IMG/VR virus record: IMGVR_UViG_3300045988_128138
Strand: one strand, 5' to 3'
Length of the DNA stretch: 30,130 bases
Origin: a virus
The notes under the pieces were generated by a model. The model did not search any database. It saw nothing but the letters and a program-made list of their open reading frames with translations, and was not told the origin of the DNA. The translations under genes were made by a program, and so were the position numbers. Below, piece after piece: positions 8,264 through 17,076 of this stretch; within the stretch, counting starts at the first letter, position 1; the number at the start of each line of letters is the position of its first letter.

Positions 8264-8998
8264 ATGAAACATTATGAAAATACTAGCCAATTTTATAATA
8301 GTATTGACTGGGCTAATTGCAAAGCACAAGTAACGCAAGAGCGCTTAAAAGACGGCGCTTTGTATTGCGAGCATTGCGGTAAAATAATATTAAAGAGTTT
8401 TAACCCTAACGAAAGAAACAACAGCAAAGCCGTTGTTTATCACCATAAAATATACTTAAACAATAATAATGTAAATGACGCAAGCATTAGTATTAACCCA
8501 GCAAATATAGCTATACTTCATTGGCAGTGTCATAACGAAGTACACGGCCGTTTTACTGGTGGCTATGAAAAGCCAGAAAGAAAAGTATATATAATTACTG
8601 GTGCGAGCTGCAGCGGTAAAACAACCTTTGTTAAAGAGCGAGTACAAGAGGGCGACATAGTACTAGACATAGACGACTTATGGCAAGCTATAAGCGGGCA
8701 ACAGCGCTATATCAAACCTAATGCTTTAAAACCTATTGTGTTTAATTTAAGAAACACAATAAAGGATCAAATAGCAAAAGGCGCTGGCACTTGGCGCAAC
8801 GCTTATATTATCGAAAGCCTACCAATTGCAATAGATAGAAAGAACGAGGCCGAGAAATACAAAGCACATAATGTAGAAGTAATAACAATGGACGCAACAA
8901 GGGAAGAATGCTTACAACGTTTATATGCTGATCCAAAAGGAAGAAGCGTTAAAGATTATGAAAAATACATAAATGATTATTACGACAATTATATTTAG
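8264..8998 (+). CDS. HNH endonuclease fused to a P-loop kinase-like (PNK/AAA_33-like) domain
   Basis: N-terminal CEHCGK...(N)...HWQCHNEVHG HNH zinc-finger nuclease motif; C-terminal Walker A ITGASCSGKTTF followed by DIVLDIDD (Walker B-like), as in polynucleotide/nucleoside kinase-type P-loops. Confidence 0.6.
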   Translation: MKHYENTSQFYNSIDWANCKAQVTQERLKDGALYCEHCGKIILKSFNPNERNNSKAVVYHHKIYLNNNNVNDASISINPANIAILHWQCHNEVHGRFTGGYEKPERKVYIITGASCSGKTTFVKERVQEGDIVLDIDDLWQAISGQQRYIKPNALKPIVFNLRNTIKDQIAKGAGTWRNAYIIESLPIAIDRKNEAEKYKAHNVEVITMDATREECLQRLYADPKGRSVKDYEKYINDYYDNYI

Positions 8999-9008
8999 AG
9001 GTAGCAAT

Positions 9009-9299
9009 ATGTTAGAGTTATTATTTAAGCTGGTGTTATGCCATTTAGTTGGCGACTATGTTTTACAAATAGATTATATAGCAAAGAGCAAGAGCAATAA
9101 TGTATATCATTTATTAGTACATTGCTTGTTATATTGTTTACCGTTTTACATAGTGTTTGGCTTTGTATGGCAACTCATACCATTATTAGTATTACATATT
9201 GTAATAGACTTATTAAAGGCAAGATATAAGTTAATACCGTATTGGCTAGACCAATTATTACATTATGTTACTTGCTTATTATATTTATTTATAAGTTGA
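9009..9299 (+). CDS. small polytopic membrane protein (possibly DUF3307-like)
   Basis: about 96 aa, very hydrophobic, with the motif HLVGDYVLQ; ATG 9009 follows RBS AGAGG that overlaps the upstream stop. Confidence 0.45.
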   Translation: MLELLFKLVLCHLVGDYVLQIDYIAKSKSNNVYHLLVHCLLYCLPFYIVFGFVWQLIPLLVLHIVIDLLKARYKLIPYWLDQLLHYVTCLLYLFIS

Positions 9300-9480
9300 A
9301 TAAAAAAAATTTTAACCCCCCACTTCAAAAAAATATTTTTGCACGGGGTAGACTGTAAGAGGGGGAGCTAAGAAGCGCACAAGCCGAATTTTTGAAATTT
9401 TGGTTTGAAAACAAAAACAAAAGAAAAAAACAGCGAAAAAATAATTATAAAAATTAAAGTTTATAATTAATGTGTCGCTA
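9300..9480. promoter_or_regulatory. candidate cos / packaging-initiation and late-regulatory region
   Basis: 181-bp non-coding stretch just upstream of TerS/TerL with an unusual GC-rich patch (AACCCCCCAC...GCACGGGGTAGACTGTAAGAGGGGGAGC) in an AT-rich genome, homopolymer A/T palindromes, and the recurrent TGTGTCGCTATGTTAG motif at its 3' end; the nearby HNH gene suggests cos-type packaging. Confidence 0.35.
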
Positions 9481-9500
9481 TGTTAGAAAGGTGGCTTAAA

Positions 9501-9806
9501 ATGACACGTTATGAAGAATTAGAAAGCAAATTACAAGACGTTAAAGAGCCGAAAAAGAGTTTTATACTTTCATTACTTAAAGATTATGTGTGGTTAGAGG
9601 AGCAAATAGAGGAGTTAAGAAAATACCCACGTTATTTAATTAACCCTAAAGACCCAAAGCAGCAAAAAAAGCTAGAAGTACATAATATGCTAAAAGATTA
9701 CCAAGCCCAAAAGGACGATATAGCGACAAAGATCTTAAGAAGTTTAGACGGCGAAATTGACGAAGAAAGCCCACTATTAAAAGCCTTAGCGAGGTTTTCA
9801 AAATGA
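9501..9806 (+). CDS. putative terminase small subunit (small, coiled-coil, P27-like position)
   Basis: about 101 aa; its stop overlaps the TerL start as ATGA (9803-9806); RBS AAAGGTGG before ATG 9501 (the track start 9480 is an upstream in-frame ATG); an HNH gene lies upstream as in HNH-TerS-TerL cassettes. Confidence 0.45.
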   Translation: MTRYEELESKLQDVKEPKKSFILSLLKDYVWLEEQIEELRKYPRYLINPKDPKQQKKLEVHNMLKDYQAQKDDIATKILRSLDGEIDEESPLLKALARFSK

Positions 9807-11509
9807 CACCTTACATAGTTCAATACTATGAAGCGATAAAGACGGGTTTTATAGAAATTGACGGCAAACAAGTTAGGTTAGTTGTTGGAAGCAAAATTAA
9901 AAAAGTAATTGAAAGATTAATAAGTTATTTTGACGACGAGCGAATACTTTTTGATCCTAAAGAATGTTACAAGCGCTTTGAGTTTGAGGAAACAATGTGC
10001 TTACAAGGGTATGCGCCGTTTTTCAATAAGCCAATAAGCCTAATGTTATGGCAAAAAGCATTTTATGAAGCAATATATAGCTTCTATGATAAACAAACTG
10101 GCTTATTACTAATTAACGAAGCTTTGTTAGAGGTTGGCCGTAAAAATGGAAAAAGTACAATGGTTGCAGCTGACGGAAACACTGACTTATTTATAGGCGA
10201 TGGCGGTATTAATATATGTTGCTGCTCCAATGACGATAGACAAGCTAAATTAATATGGAGTGAAGTTGCTGGTATGCGTTCAAGATTAGATCCTAAGAAC
10301 GAAGTAACAAGCCACAATCTTACAGAAATAAGAAATAATGCTAAAAACATAAAAATATTAAGACTTTCAAGCAAAACGCAAAACAAAGACGGTTTTAATT
10401 TTAAAAAAACCTATCACGACGAGGCGCACGACTGTAAAAATGACGATATAGCCGAAGCGTGCTTACGATCAATGAGTACGCACGACGAGCATTTATATGT
10501 AACAGTTTCAACAAATGGCTTTTTAAATGAAATGTATTTCGATAAAAAGCTAGAATATGCTAACGCTTGGTTAAATGGCGAAATAGACAATATTCATTAC
10601 TTGCCTTTTCTTTTCGAGCAAGACGACGAAAGCGAGGTATGGAGCGGCAACCGTGATTTATGGCAAAAAGCAAACCCTAGTTTAATCTATGGTGTTAAAA
10701 AGTGGAGTTTTATAGAACAAAACATTATTAAAGCACAAATAGACAAAGAAAGCCGTATGCACTTACTAACTAAAGATTTTAATATTAAAGTTTCAAACTC
10801 TAAAGCTTGGTTGACACTTGAAGAATACGATTACGAGCAACAACCATTTAGTTTAAAAGATTTTAGAGAATGTGTAGCGCTTGGATCAGTTGACTTATCA
10901 GACTGTGGCGACTTAACAGTAGCCGAATTATTGCTAATGCGAAAAGGCAATAGCGTTAAATATGTAGTGCCTCAATTCTTTATACCAGAAAGCAAGCTGG
11001 AGGACAAAGACAATGGCGCAAAATATAAAGAGTGGAGCCAAACAATAAACCCAGTCACTGGCGATCCTTATGTAATTGTAATTAAAGGAAACAAAATTAA
11101 TCAAAAGAATGTTGCTGACTGGTACCAATCTTTGCGTGATAAATACGCAATAGAAACAATAATGATAGGTTATGACCCGTGGCATAGCGATATATTTTTA
11201 ATGTGGTGTGACAAAAAAACTGGTTATGGTTTTAATACAATGAAAATTTACCAAAATAGTAAATTAATGTCTTACCCAATGAAAACAGTAGAAAGAGATC
11301 TAAACGCAAGACTTATTAATTACTGCAATAACCCAGTAATGAAATATTGTTTTAATAATATGAGTGCAAAAATTGTAGGCGATTTAATAATGCCCGAAAA
11401 AATAGACGGGCAATATAGCAGAAAAATAGACGGCGTTGTAGCTTTAATTATTCTTTATGCAACGTTGGAAAAAAACGAAGTTAATTTTAATAACTATTTA
11501 AGGGAGTGA
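9803..11509 (+). CDS. terL: terminase large subunit
   Basis: 568 aa; Walker A VGRKNGKST; acidic nuclease-region motifs; conserved position before the portal gene. Confidence 0.85.
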   Translation: MTPYIVQYYEAIKTGFIEIDGKQVRLVVGSKIKKVIERLISYFDDERILFDPKECYKRFEFEETMCLQGYAPFFNKPISLMLWQKAFYEAIYSFYDKQTGLLLINEALLEVGRKNGKSTMVAADGNTDLFIGDGGINICCCSNDDRQAKLIWSEVAGMRSRLDPKNEVTSHNLTEIRNNAKNIKILRLSSKTQNKDGFNFKKTYHDEAHDCKNDDIAEACLRSMSTHDEHLYVTVSTNGFLNEMYFDKKLEYANAWLNGEIDNIHYLPFLFEQDDESEVWSGNRDLWQKANPSLIYGVKKWSFIEQNIIKAQIDKESRMHLLTKDFNIKVSNSKAWLTLEEYDYEQQPFSLKDFRECVALGSVDLSDCGDLTVAELLLMRKGNSVKYVVPQFFIPESKLEDKDNGAKYKEWSQTINPVTGDPYVIVIKGNKINQKNVADWYQSLRDKYAIETIMIGYDPWHSDIFLMWCDKKTGYGFNTMKIYQNSKLMSYPMKTVERDLNARLINYCNNPVMKYCFNNMSAKIVGDLIMPEKIDGQYSRKIDGVVALIILYATLEKNEVNFNNYLRE

Positions 11510-11513
11510 TAAA

Positions 11514-12743
11514 GTGGCGAATAAAAACAGCTGGCTTAGCAAACTTTTTAAACCTAAAGTAAAGAAAAAAACTTTTGACGAAGCAATAACAATGGTAGGG
11601 TATGAGCCTAGTTTTTCAAGCTTTGGCAAAACTGTATTATACAGCGATATAATTTTATGCGCTGAAAGACTGAAAGCGCGCTTTTTTGGAAAATTAGAGC
11701 CAAGACACGTGCGAAAAATCGACGGAATAACAACAGTAATTAATGACAGCAGCATTGCAAAAGTCTTGCGTAACCCTAACAGCTATCAAACTCCTTACGA
11801 ATTTTTAACGCAAGCGTGGTTTATGCGAGCAAAAGATAACAACTGCTATATATTTGCTGATTATTACAATACCGTTGGAGGTAGCAAAGTATTTACTGGC
11901 CTATACATACTTTTACCAAGTGAAAAACCGCAAGTAAAAGAAGACGAAAACGGCAACTTGTATTATTCATTTAGATTTGACGGTTATAGTGACGAAGTTG
12001 TCTTTAATTTTGACGAAATAATTTGCTGGAAACAAAACTATGAAGATAATCAGTACAGCGGCGGTGGCAAGTTTTCAAGCAATGCCAATGCTGATTTATT
12101 AAGTAGTTTAGAAGCATACCATACTAGCAAAGAAGCTGTAGCAGAAGCGGCTAAAATTGGTTGTTACATAGACGGAATAATTAAAGTTAATTCTTATGCT
12201 GCTGACGCAGAAAAAACGCAAGCTATAAGAAATAAATTTATTGAAGATTTACAATCTAAAAAAAGCGGTATTGGAGTATTAGACAATGGCGCCGATTATA
12301 TAGCAATACAACGTCAATTAAAAATGGTTGACAGTGCGACGCTAAAAGAAATTAAAGAAAATATTTTAATTCATACTGGCGTAACTATTGAAATGTTAAA
12401 AGGGGAATTTACGACGCAAAACAAAGAGGCCTTGTATGAAAACTGGATCGAACCAGCAGCGATTAGTTTAGGCCAAGCAATGAGTAAAACATTATTTAGC
12501 GATTGGCAAATAACACACGGCGACGATATTATTTTATACCCTAACAAAGTCCAGCTAATGGCTACAAGTGAAATAATTAGTATTATACAAAGCACCGTTA
12601 ACGCTGGAATATTTAAGATTGACGAATTTAGAGATATGTTAGGCTATGCGCCTTTAGAAAATGGCGAGGGCCAACAAAGGCCTAGAGGCTTTAACAATTT
12701 AGACGGATCAGACACTGACACTGGAGGAGGTGCGGACGAATGA
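11514..12743 (+). CDS. portal protein (HK97 family)
   Basis: 409 aa, GTG start after RBS AGGGAGTG; placed between TerL and the prohead protease; portal-like composition. Confidence 0.75.
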   Translation: MANKNSWLSKLFKPKVKKKTFDEAITMVGYEPSFSSFGKTVLYSDIILCAERLKARFFGKLEPRHVRKIDGITTVINDSSIAKVLRNPNSYQTPYEFLTQAWFMRAKDNNCYIFADYYNTVGGSKVFTGLYILLPSEKPQVKEDENGNLYYSFRFDGYSDEVVFNFDEIICWKQNYEDNQYSGGGKFSSNANADLLSSLEAYHTSKEAVAEAAKIGCYIDGIIKVNSYAADAEKTQAIRNKFIEDLQSKKSGIGVLDNGADYIAIQRQLKMVDSATLKEIKENILIHTGVTIEMLKGEFTTQNKEALYENWIEPAAISLGQAMSKTLFSDWQITHGDDIILYPNKVQLMATSEIISIIQSTVNAGIFKIDEFRDMLGYAPLENGEGQQRPRGFNNLDGSDTDTGGGADE

Positions 12744-13372
12744 AAGACAAGAAGCAAAAAGAAATAAGATTAAATAACGTCGAAAATTTGCAAATAAGAA
12801 ACGACGAGCAAGAAGAAAACAAAATGGTAATAGAGGGTTACCCTATTGTTTTTGATAAAGAAACCTATATTGACTGCTTTTTTGGTGGCTGGTATGAAAA
12901 AATAGACCGTAACGCTTTTGCAAACGCTGATATGAGCGACGTTTGTTTAAAATATAACCATAATGACGACTTCTTTATTATGGCTAGAACAAGAAATAAT
13001 AGTTTACAGCTTACCATAGACGATCACGGAGTATTTATGCACGCTGAATTAATAAACACGACGCAAAATAGAGACGTTTACGAAATGGTAAAAAGTGAAC
13101 TTTTAAAAGAGGGTAGCTTTGCATTTACCGTTGAAGAATGGACGGAAAATATAGACGCTAACGAGGACTTACATAGAACAATTAATAAAATTGGTAAGTT
13201 ATTTGATGTGGCAATTTGCCCTAATGGGGCTTATGGCGATATGACCGAAATATACGCACGTTCTTATGATTTGTTGGAGAACAATCATAAAAAGCTGGAG
13301 AGCTTAAAGCGTTGCAAATTATTAAAGTTAAGAAACAAAAATAAAATTAAATTACTGGAGGCTAAAAAATGA
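12740..13372 (+). CDS. prohead protease (HK97 family)
   Basis: EGYPIVFDKET...KYNHND (catalytic His region)...EGSFAF (catalytic Ser region), the HK97 protease pattern; overlaps its neighbours by 4 nt. Confidence 0.75.
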   Translation: MKDKKQKEIRLNNVENLQIRNDEQEENKMVIEGYPIVFDKETYIDCFFGGWYEKIDRNAFANADMSDVCLKYNHNDDFFIMARTRNNSLQLTIDDHGVFMHAELINTTQNRDVYEMVKSELLKEGSFAFTVEEWTENIDANEDLHRTINKIGKLFDVAICPNGAYGDMTEIYARSYDLLENNHKKLESLKRCKLLKLRNKNKIKLLEAKK

Positions 13373-14625
13373 AAGAGTTTTTAGAAAAACAACTTCAAAA
13401 GCGTAATGCTGAATTAGAAGCATTAAAAAAACGTGTTGAAGCTTTAGAAAAAATCAACGAAGAAAGCGAAGACGAAGCAGAATTAAAAGCGGCTGGCGAA
13501 GAGCTAGACGAATTAAAAAATAAAACGGCTGAACTTGAAGCTGAGTTAGAAGAAATTAACGCAAAAATTGCGGAGTTAGACGAACCAGCTGACGAAGAGC
13601 CAAAGAGATTAAAATTAAATTTTATGAAAAAAGAAGAGAGAGGTAATAAAACAATGACTTTAGAAGAAAGACAAGAAAGAGCAGCAAATTTTGCAAAGAC
13701 AGAAAAAATGGCGGTAGCAGTTGCCGAAACAAGATCAACATTAGTAAGTGGTGGTAAAGTATTATCTACTACTGGAATTGACGGAATTGCTGACACTTTC
13801 AACGAAGTATCAAGCATTGTTGATTTAGTAAAAGTTGAAAATTGTGAGGGAATGGGAAGCAATAAAGTTGCTTATCAAAAAACAAATGCTACTGCTTCAA
13901 CTCAAACTGAGGGTAGCGCAACAACACCAAGCGATCCAACTTTTGATTTTGTAACAATCACTGGCGAAGACGAACAAGTATTATCATATATTAGTGAAAA
14001 AGCAAGAAAAATGAAACCTTTAGACTATGAAAGTAAAGTACGCAATAGCGCAATGACTGGTTTAAGAGTTAAAGCAGCAACTATCGTTACTAACGCAATT
14101 AAAGGATCAACATTATTAGAAAGAATTGTGGGAACTGTTGCTTCTCAAAAAGGCGTAATTAACGAAAAGACTTTGCGTAATTTAGTATTAAGCTATGGTG
14201 GAGCAGAAAACGTAGAGGGCCAAGCGTGGTTATTCCTTAACAAAAACGATCTTATCGCATTTGGCGACGTTAGAGGAACAAACGAAAAGAAAGCAGTTTA
14301 TGAAATTATTCCTAGTGCTACTAACCCTAACGTTGGACAAATTAAAGACGGTGGCTTAACTGTTAATTACTGTATTAATTCAAATTGCGCTCAATTCAGT
14401 GGAACAGCTCAACCAGCCGCAAGTGCAAATGAATTAGTAACAATGTTTTATGGTAACCCTCTTAATTGTGAACTTGACTTATTTGACGAGTACACAGTAA
14501 AAGTTAGTGAAGACTACAAGTTCGCTGAGGGACTATTAACAATACGTGGAACTGTTAGTGCTGGTGCTGGCGTTATTCACGACAAAGGCTTTATTGCTTT
14601 AGTATTACCTAAAGCTGCAGCTTAA
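13369..14625 (+). CDS. major capsid protein (HK97 fold) with an N-terminal scaffold-like coiled-coil (delta) domain
   Basis: about 95 aa of E/A/K-rich coiled coil at the N-terminus, then a capsid-like body; follows the protease, as in HK97-type head modules. Confidence 0.75.
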   Translation: MKEFLEKQLQKRNAELEALKKRVEALEKINEESEDEAELKAAGEELDELKNKTAELEAELEEINAKIAELDEPADEEPKRLKLNFMKKEERGNKTMTLEERQERAANFAKTEKMAVAVAETRSTLVSGGKVLSTTGIDGIADTFNEVSSIVDLVKVENCEGMGSNKVAYQKTNATASTQTEGSATTPSDPTFDFVTITGEDEQVLSYISEKARKMKPLDYESKVRNSAMTGLRVKAATIVTNAIKGSTLLERIVGTVASQKGVINEKTLRNLVLSYGGAENVEGQAWLFLNKNDLIAFGDVRGTNEKKAVYEIIPSATNPNVGQIKDGGLTVNYCINSNCAQFSGTAQPAASANELVTMFYGNPLNCELDLFDEYTVKVSEDYKFAEGLLTIRGTVSAGAGVIHDKGFIALVLPKAAA

Positions 14626-14639
14626 TAATTAATTTAAAT

Positions 14640-14679
14640 AGCGCCCCGTGTTCTTTCCTCCTTTCAACATTGGGGCGCT
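14640..14679 (+). other. GC-rich RNA hairpin after the capsid gene, with an anti-SD-like loop
   Basis: perfect 8-bp stem AGCGCCCC/GGGGCGCT; the loop holds CCTCCT, complementary to the AGGAGG RBS (14688-14693) of the next gene; no U-tract follows. Confidence 0.5.
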
Positions 14680-14697
14680 TACCTATAGGAGGTTAAA

Positions 14698-14967
14698 ATG
14701 GCAACTCAAAATGAAATAATTAAAAATATGACAAATTTAGCTGATAGCGGCCAAGACGAATTTGTAGAAAATTGGACGGAGTACGCTAAACAAACGCTTT
14801 ACGAAATGGGCGTAAGTAATAAGTATATTAACAGCAATAATGCTAGCTATATTTTAGCGAAAATAGTTACTGATTTAGTGGACGACGGCGGCCTATCGAA
14901 TACGGCTTTAGAAATGATTAAAAGTTTAAGAGTTAACCACCCGCATAGTGAGGACGAAAATGTATAA
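14698..14967 (+). CDS. head-tail connector / DNA-packaging adaptor (gp6-like)
   Basis: 89 aa acidic protein directly after the capsid gene; assigned by position. Confidence 0.45.
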   Translation: MATQNEIIKNMTNLADSGQDEFVENWTEYAKQTLYEMGVSNKYINSNNASYILAKIVTDLVDDGGLSNTALEMIKSLRVNHPHSEDENV

Positions 14968-15304
14968 ACCAGCTAAAATAAGAGAGTTTGTTACGGCTGC
15001 TTTGCATAAAAAGCCTACTGAAAAAACTATTAATGGCCGCACGATCAAAACATATGTTAATGCGCCAAAGCCTAATTTAAAAGGAAAATTTAAATTAAAA
15101 GGTACAAGCGAAATAACCGCCAACGGCTTAACTGTTGTTAATGACAAGACGACTTATACAACTTGGTACAAAAGCGACTTTGAAGCAAAAGACATTTTAA
15201 CAATTAACGGAACTGATTATTTGATAATAGGAACTCCAGAAAATGTAGAAATGCGAGGCCGTTACAGCATACTGAATTTAGAAAAAATAGAGGGTGGCGC
15301 CTAA
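14948..15304 (+). CDS. head closure protein
   Basis: 118 aa; size, position and C-terminal pattern typical of head-closure proteins. Confidence 0.45.
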   Translation: MRTKMYKPAKIREFVTAALHKKPTEKTINGRTIKTYVNAPKPNLKGKFKLKGTSEITANGLTVVNDKTTYTTWYKSDFEAKDILTINGTDYLIIGTPENVEMRGRYSILNLEKIEGGA

Positions 15305-15759
15305 TGGCTAAAAACAATGGTTTTAGTCTAAATTTTGACGGCTTTTTAGATCTTGCTAGAGAAATAGACAACTTAGGCGAAGACGCTTTAAAAAAAGCTG
15401 TTGATAATGCGTTAACATCTAGCAAAGATTATGTTAATAACGAAGTTTCAAAAGCTATGGACGCTAGTAAATATCATTTTAACAAAACAAATTATTCAAA
15501 AGGCAAGGCTAAAGCTTCATTAGTTAAAATTAGTAATATGCCCGTTAAATGGACTGGCACAACCGCAAAAGCATATATAGGTGTAGATCTAAACGACGCT
15601 TTAGAAGTCGCATTTATCATTTACGGCACGCCGCATATGAAAAAAGATACTAAATTATATAATGCTATCAAAGTGAAAGGGAACATAAAAAAAGAAGTTG
15701 AAAAAATACAAAAAGAAGAGTTTAACAAGGTAATTGAGGAGGCGCTAAAAAATGGTTAA
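15304..15759 (+). CDS. tail component (HK97 gp10-like neck protein)
   Basis: 151 aa in the conserved slot between the head-closure and tail-completion genes. Confidence 0.4.
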   Translation: MAKNNGFSLNFDGFLDLAREIDNLGEDALKKAVDNALTSSKDYVNNEVSKAMDASKYHFNKTNYSKGKAKASLVKISNMPVKWTGTTAKAYIGVDLNDALEVAFIIYGTPHMKKDTKLYNAIKVKGNIKKEVEKIQKEEFNKVIEEALKNG

Positions 15760-16102
15760 TATATTCAACGATTTAATTATTAAGCATAACGACGTAGAAA
15801 TACCAGTTTATGCGGAGGGCGACGCTCCAGCCGAATTACCTAGCGAATACTTTACAATTAGCGAAGACTATACAAGCGATAATTTAAGCGCCGATAATAA
15901 GCCATTGGAGCAACTTTACGAGTTTACCCTAAAATGGTACACAAACGATATTAAAAGGCTTTATACGGGCTTAAATGAGGCTATAACGCTATTAAAAAGC
16001 AAAGGCTATATTATTAGCGGTGTAGGCTATCAAAACGAAACGTACAAAAATACGTGGTATTCACGTATGGTAGACGTTAAAAAAATTGATTATTTAAATT
16101 AA
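15752..16102 (+). CDS. tail completion / tail terminator protein
   Basis: 116 aa immediately upstream of the major tail protein gene. Confidence 0.4.
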   Translation: MVNIFNDLIIKHNDVEIPVYAEGDAPAELPSEYFTISEDYTSDNLSADNKPLEQLYEFTLKWYTNDIKRLYTGLNEAITLLKSKGYIISGVGYQNETYKNTWYSRMVDVKKIDYLN

Positions 16103-16122
16103 ATATGGAGGAAAAAAATAAT

Positions 16123-16749
16123 ATGGCAAAACAATATAGAGGCTGCAGCAAACTTTATTACGCTTTAATTACTGAAAATAACGGCGTAGCAACTTACGGC
16201 ACACCAAAGCATTTAGCGCCCGTTAAATCAGTATCACGTGATATTGATAGTGCGAGCGAAGACGTGTGGGCTGATAATGAGATCCAAGAAACAACTTTTG
16301 CTGGATCAAAAATTACACGCTCTTTTGATTGTACTAGAATACCGCCAGAAATTGAGGCTGAATTATTAGGCAATACAGTTGTAGCAATTGGAACTGGGGA
16401 AAGCGCCCCTAAAGCATTTGGAACAAGTCCTAATGGCTCAAGTCGTCCTTACATAGCTGTTGGCTATGCGTTACACGACGGCGACGCTGACAACCCTTGT
16501 GAGTACGTGTGGGCGTTCAAAGGTAAAGTTAATTCTATTACTAAAACTGCTAACACAATCGACGACGGAACTGGAAGCGACGGACAAACTATAGAAATTG
16601 CATTTATTGCGCCTAAAGTTGCTTTTACAAAAACTGGCAAGCGTGATCTAGACATTTCAATGGCTCCAGACGACACATTAGACTTTACAAAATGGTTCGA
16701 TCAAGTTGTTACTTTTGACAACGCAGCAACCGTGTTAAAAAAATCATAA
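16123..16749 (+). CDS. major tail protein (phi13-like family)
   Basis: MAKQYRGCSKLYYALITENNG...YGTPKHLAPV N-terminus; followed by the chaperone/frameshift pair; GGAGG at 16107-16111 favours ATG 16123 over 16105. Confidence 0.65.
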   Translation: MAKQYRGCSKLYYALITENNGVATYGTPKHLAPVKSVSRDIDSASEDVWADNEIQETTFAGSKITRSFDCTRIPPEIEAELLGNTVVAIGTGESAPKAFGTSPNGSSRPYIAVGYALHDGDADNPCEYVWAFKGKVNSITKTANTIDDGTGSDGQTIEIAFIAPKVAFTKTGKRDLDISMAPDDTLDFTKWFDQVVTFDNAATVLKKS

Positions 16750-16782
16750 TAACATTTTATTAAGAAAAGGAGTTTTAACAAA

Positions 16783-17076
16783 ATGGAAGCAAAATTAAAT
16801 ATTTATGAGAATTGCGAGAGCGAAAGCCCAACAAAAACGTATGTATGCCGCCGTTTACTTTACGGTACTGCTAAAAAACTTGAAGAAATAAGCAATAAAG
16901 CAAAAGAGGCAAGCCCCGAAGAGCAAGAGCAAAATACAATCGACTTTTTAAGGACAATATTTAAGGACTTTCAAGATAACGAATTAAATTACATAGATAC
17001 GACAGAATACTTTGACTTTATGAAAATAATAAGTTTAGAAAGCCAACGTATTTTATCGCAAGCCCAAAAAAACTAA
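16783..17076 (+). CDS. tail assembly chaperone (gpG-like)
   Basis: 97 aa acidic protein directly before the tape measure gene; ends in the slippery site A_AAA_AAC. Confidence 0.7.
   Translation: MEAKLNIYENCESESPTKTYVCRRLLYGTAKKLEEISNKAKEASPEEQEQNTIDFLRTIFKDFQDNELNYIDTTEYFDFMKIISLESQRILSQAQKN

Noticed and set aside
9300-9480. A tRNA or small RNA gene in the GC-rich intergenic patch
   Set aside because: No cloverleaf-compatible acceptor/T-arm complementarity could be read. It is better explained as a cos or regulatory region.
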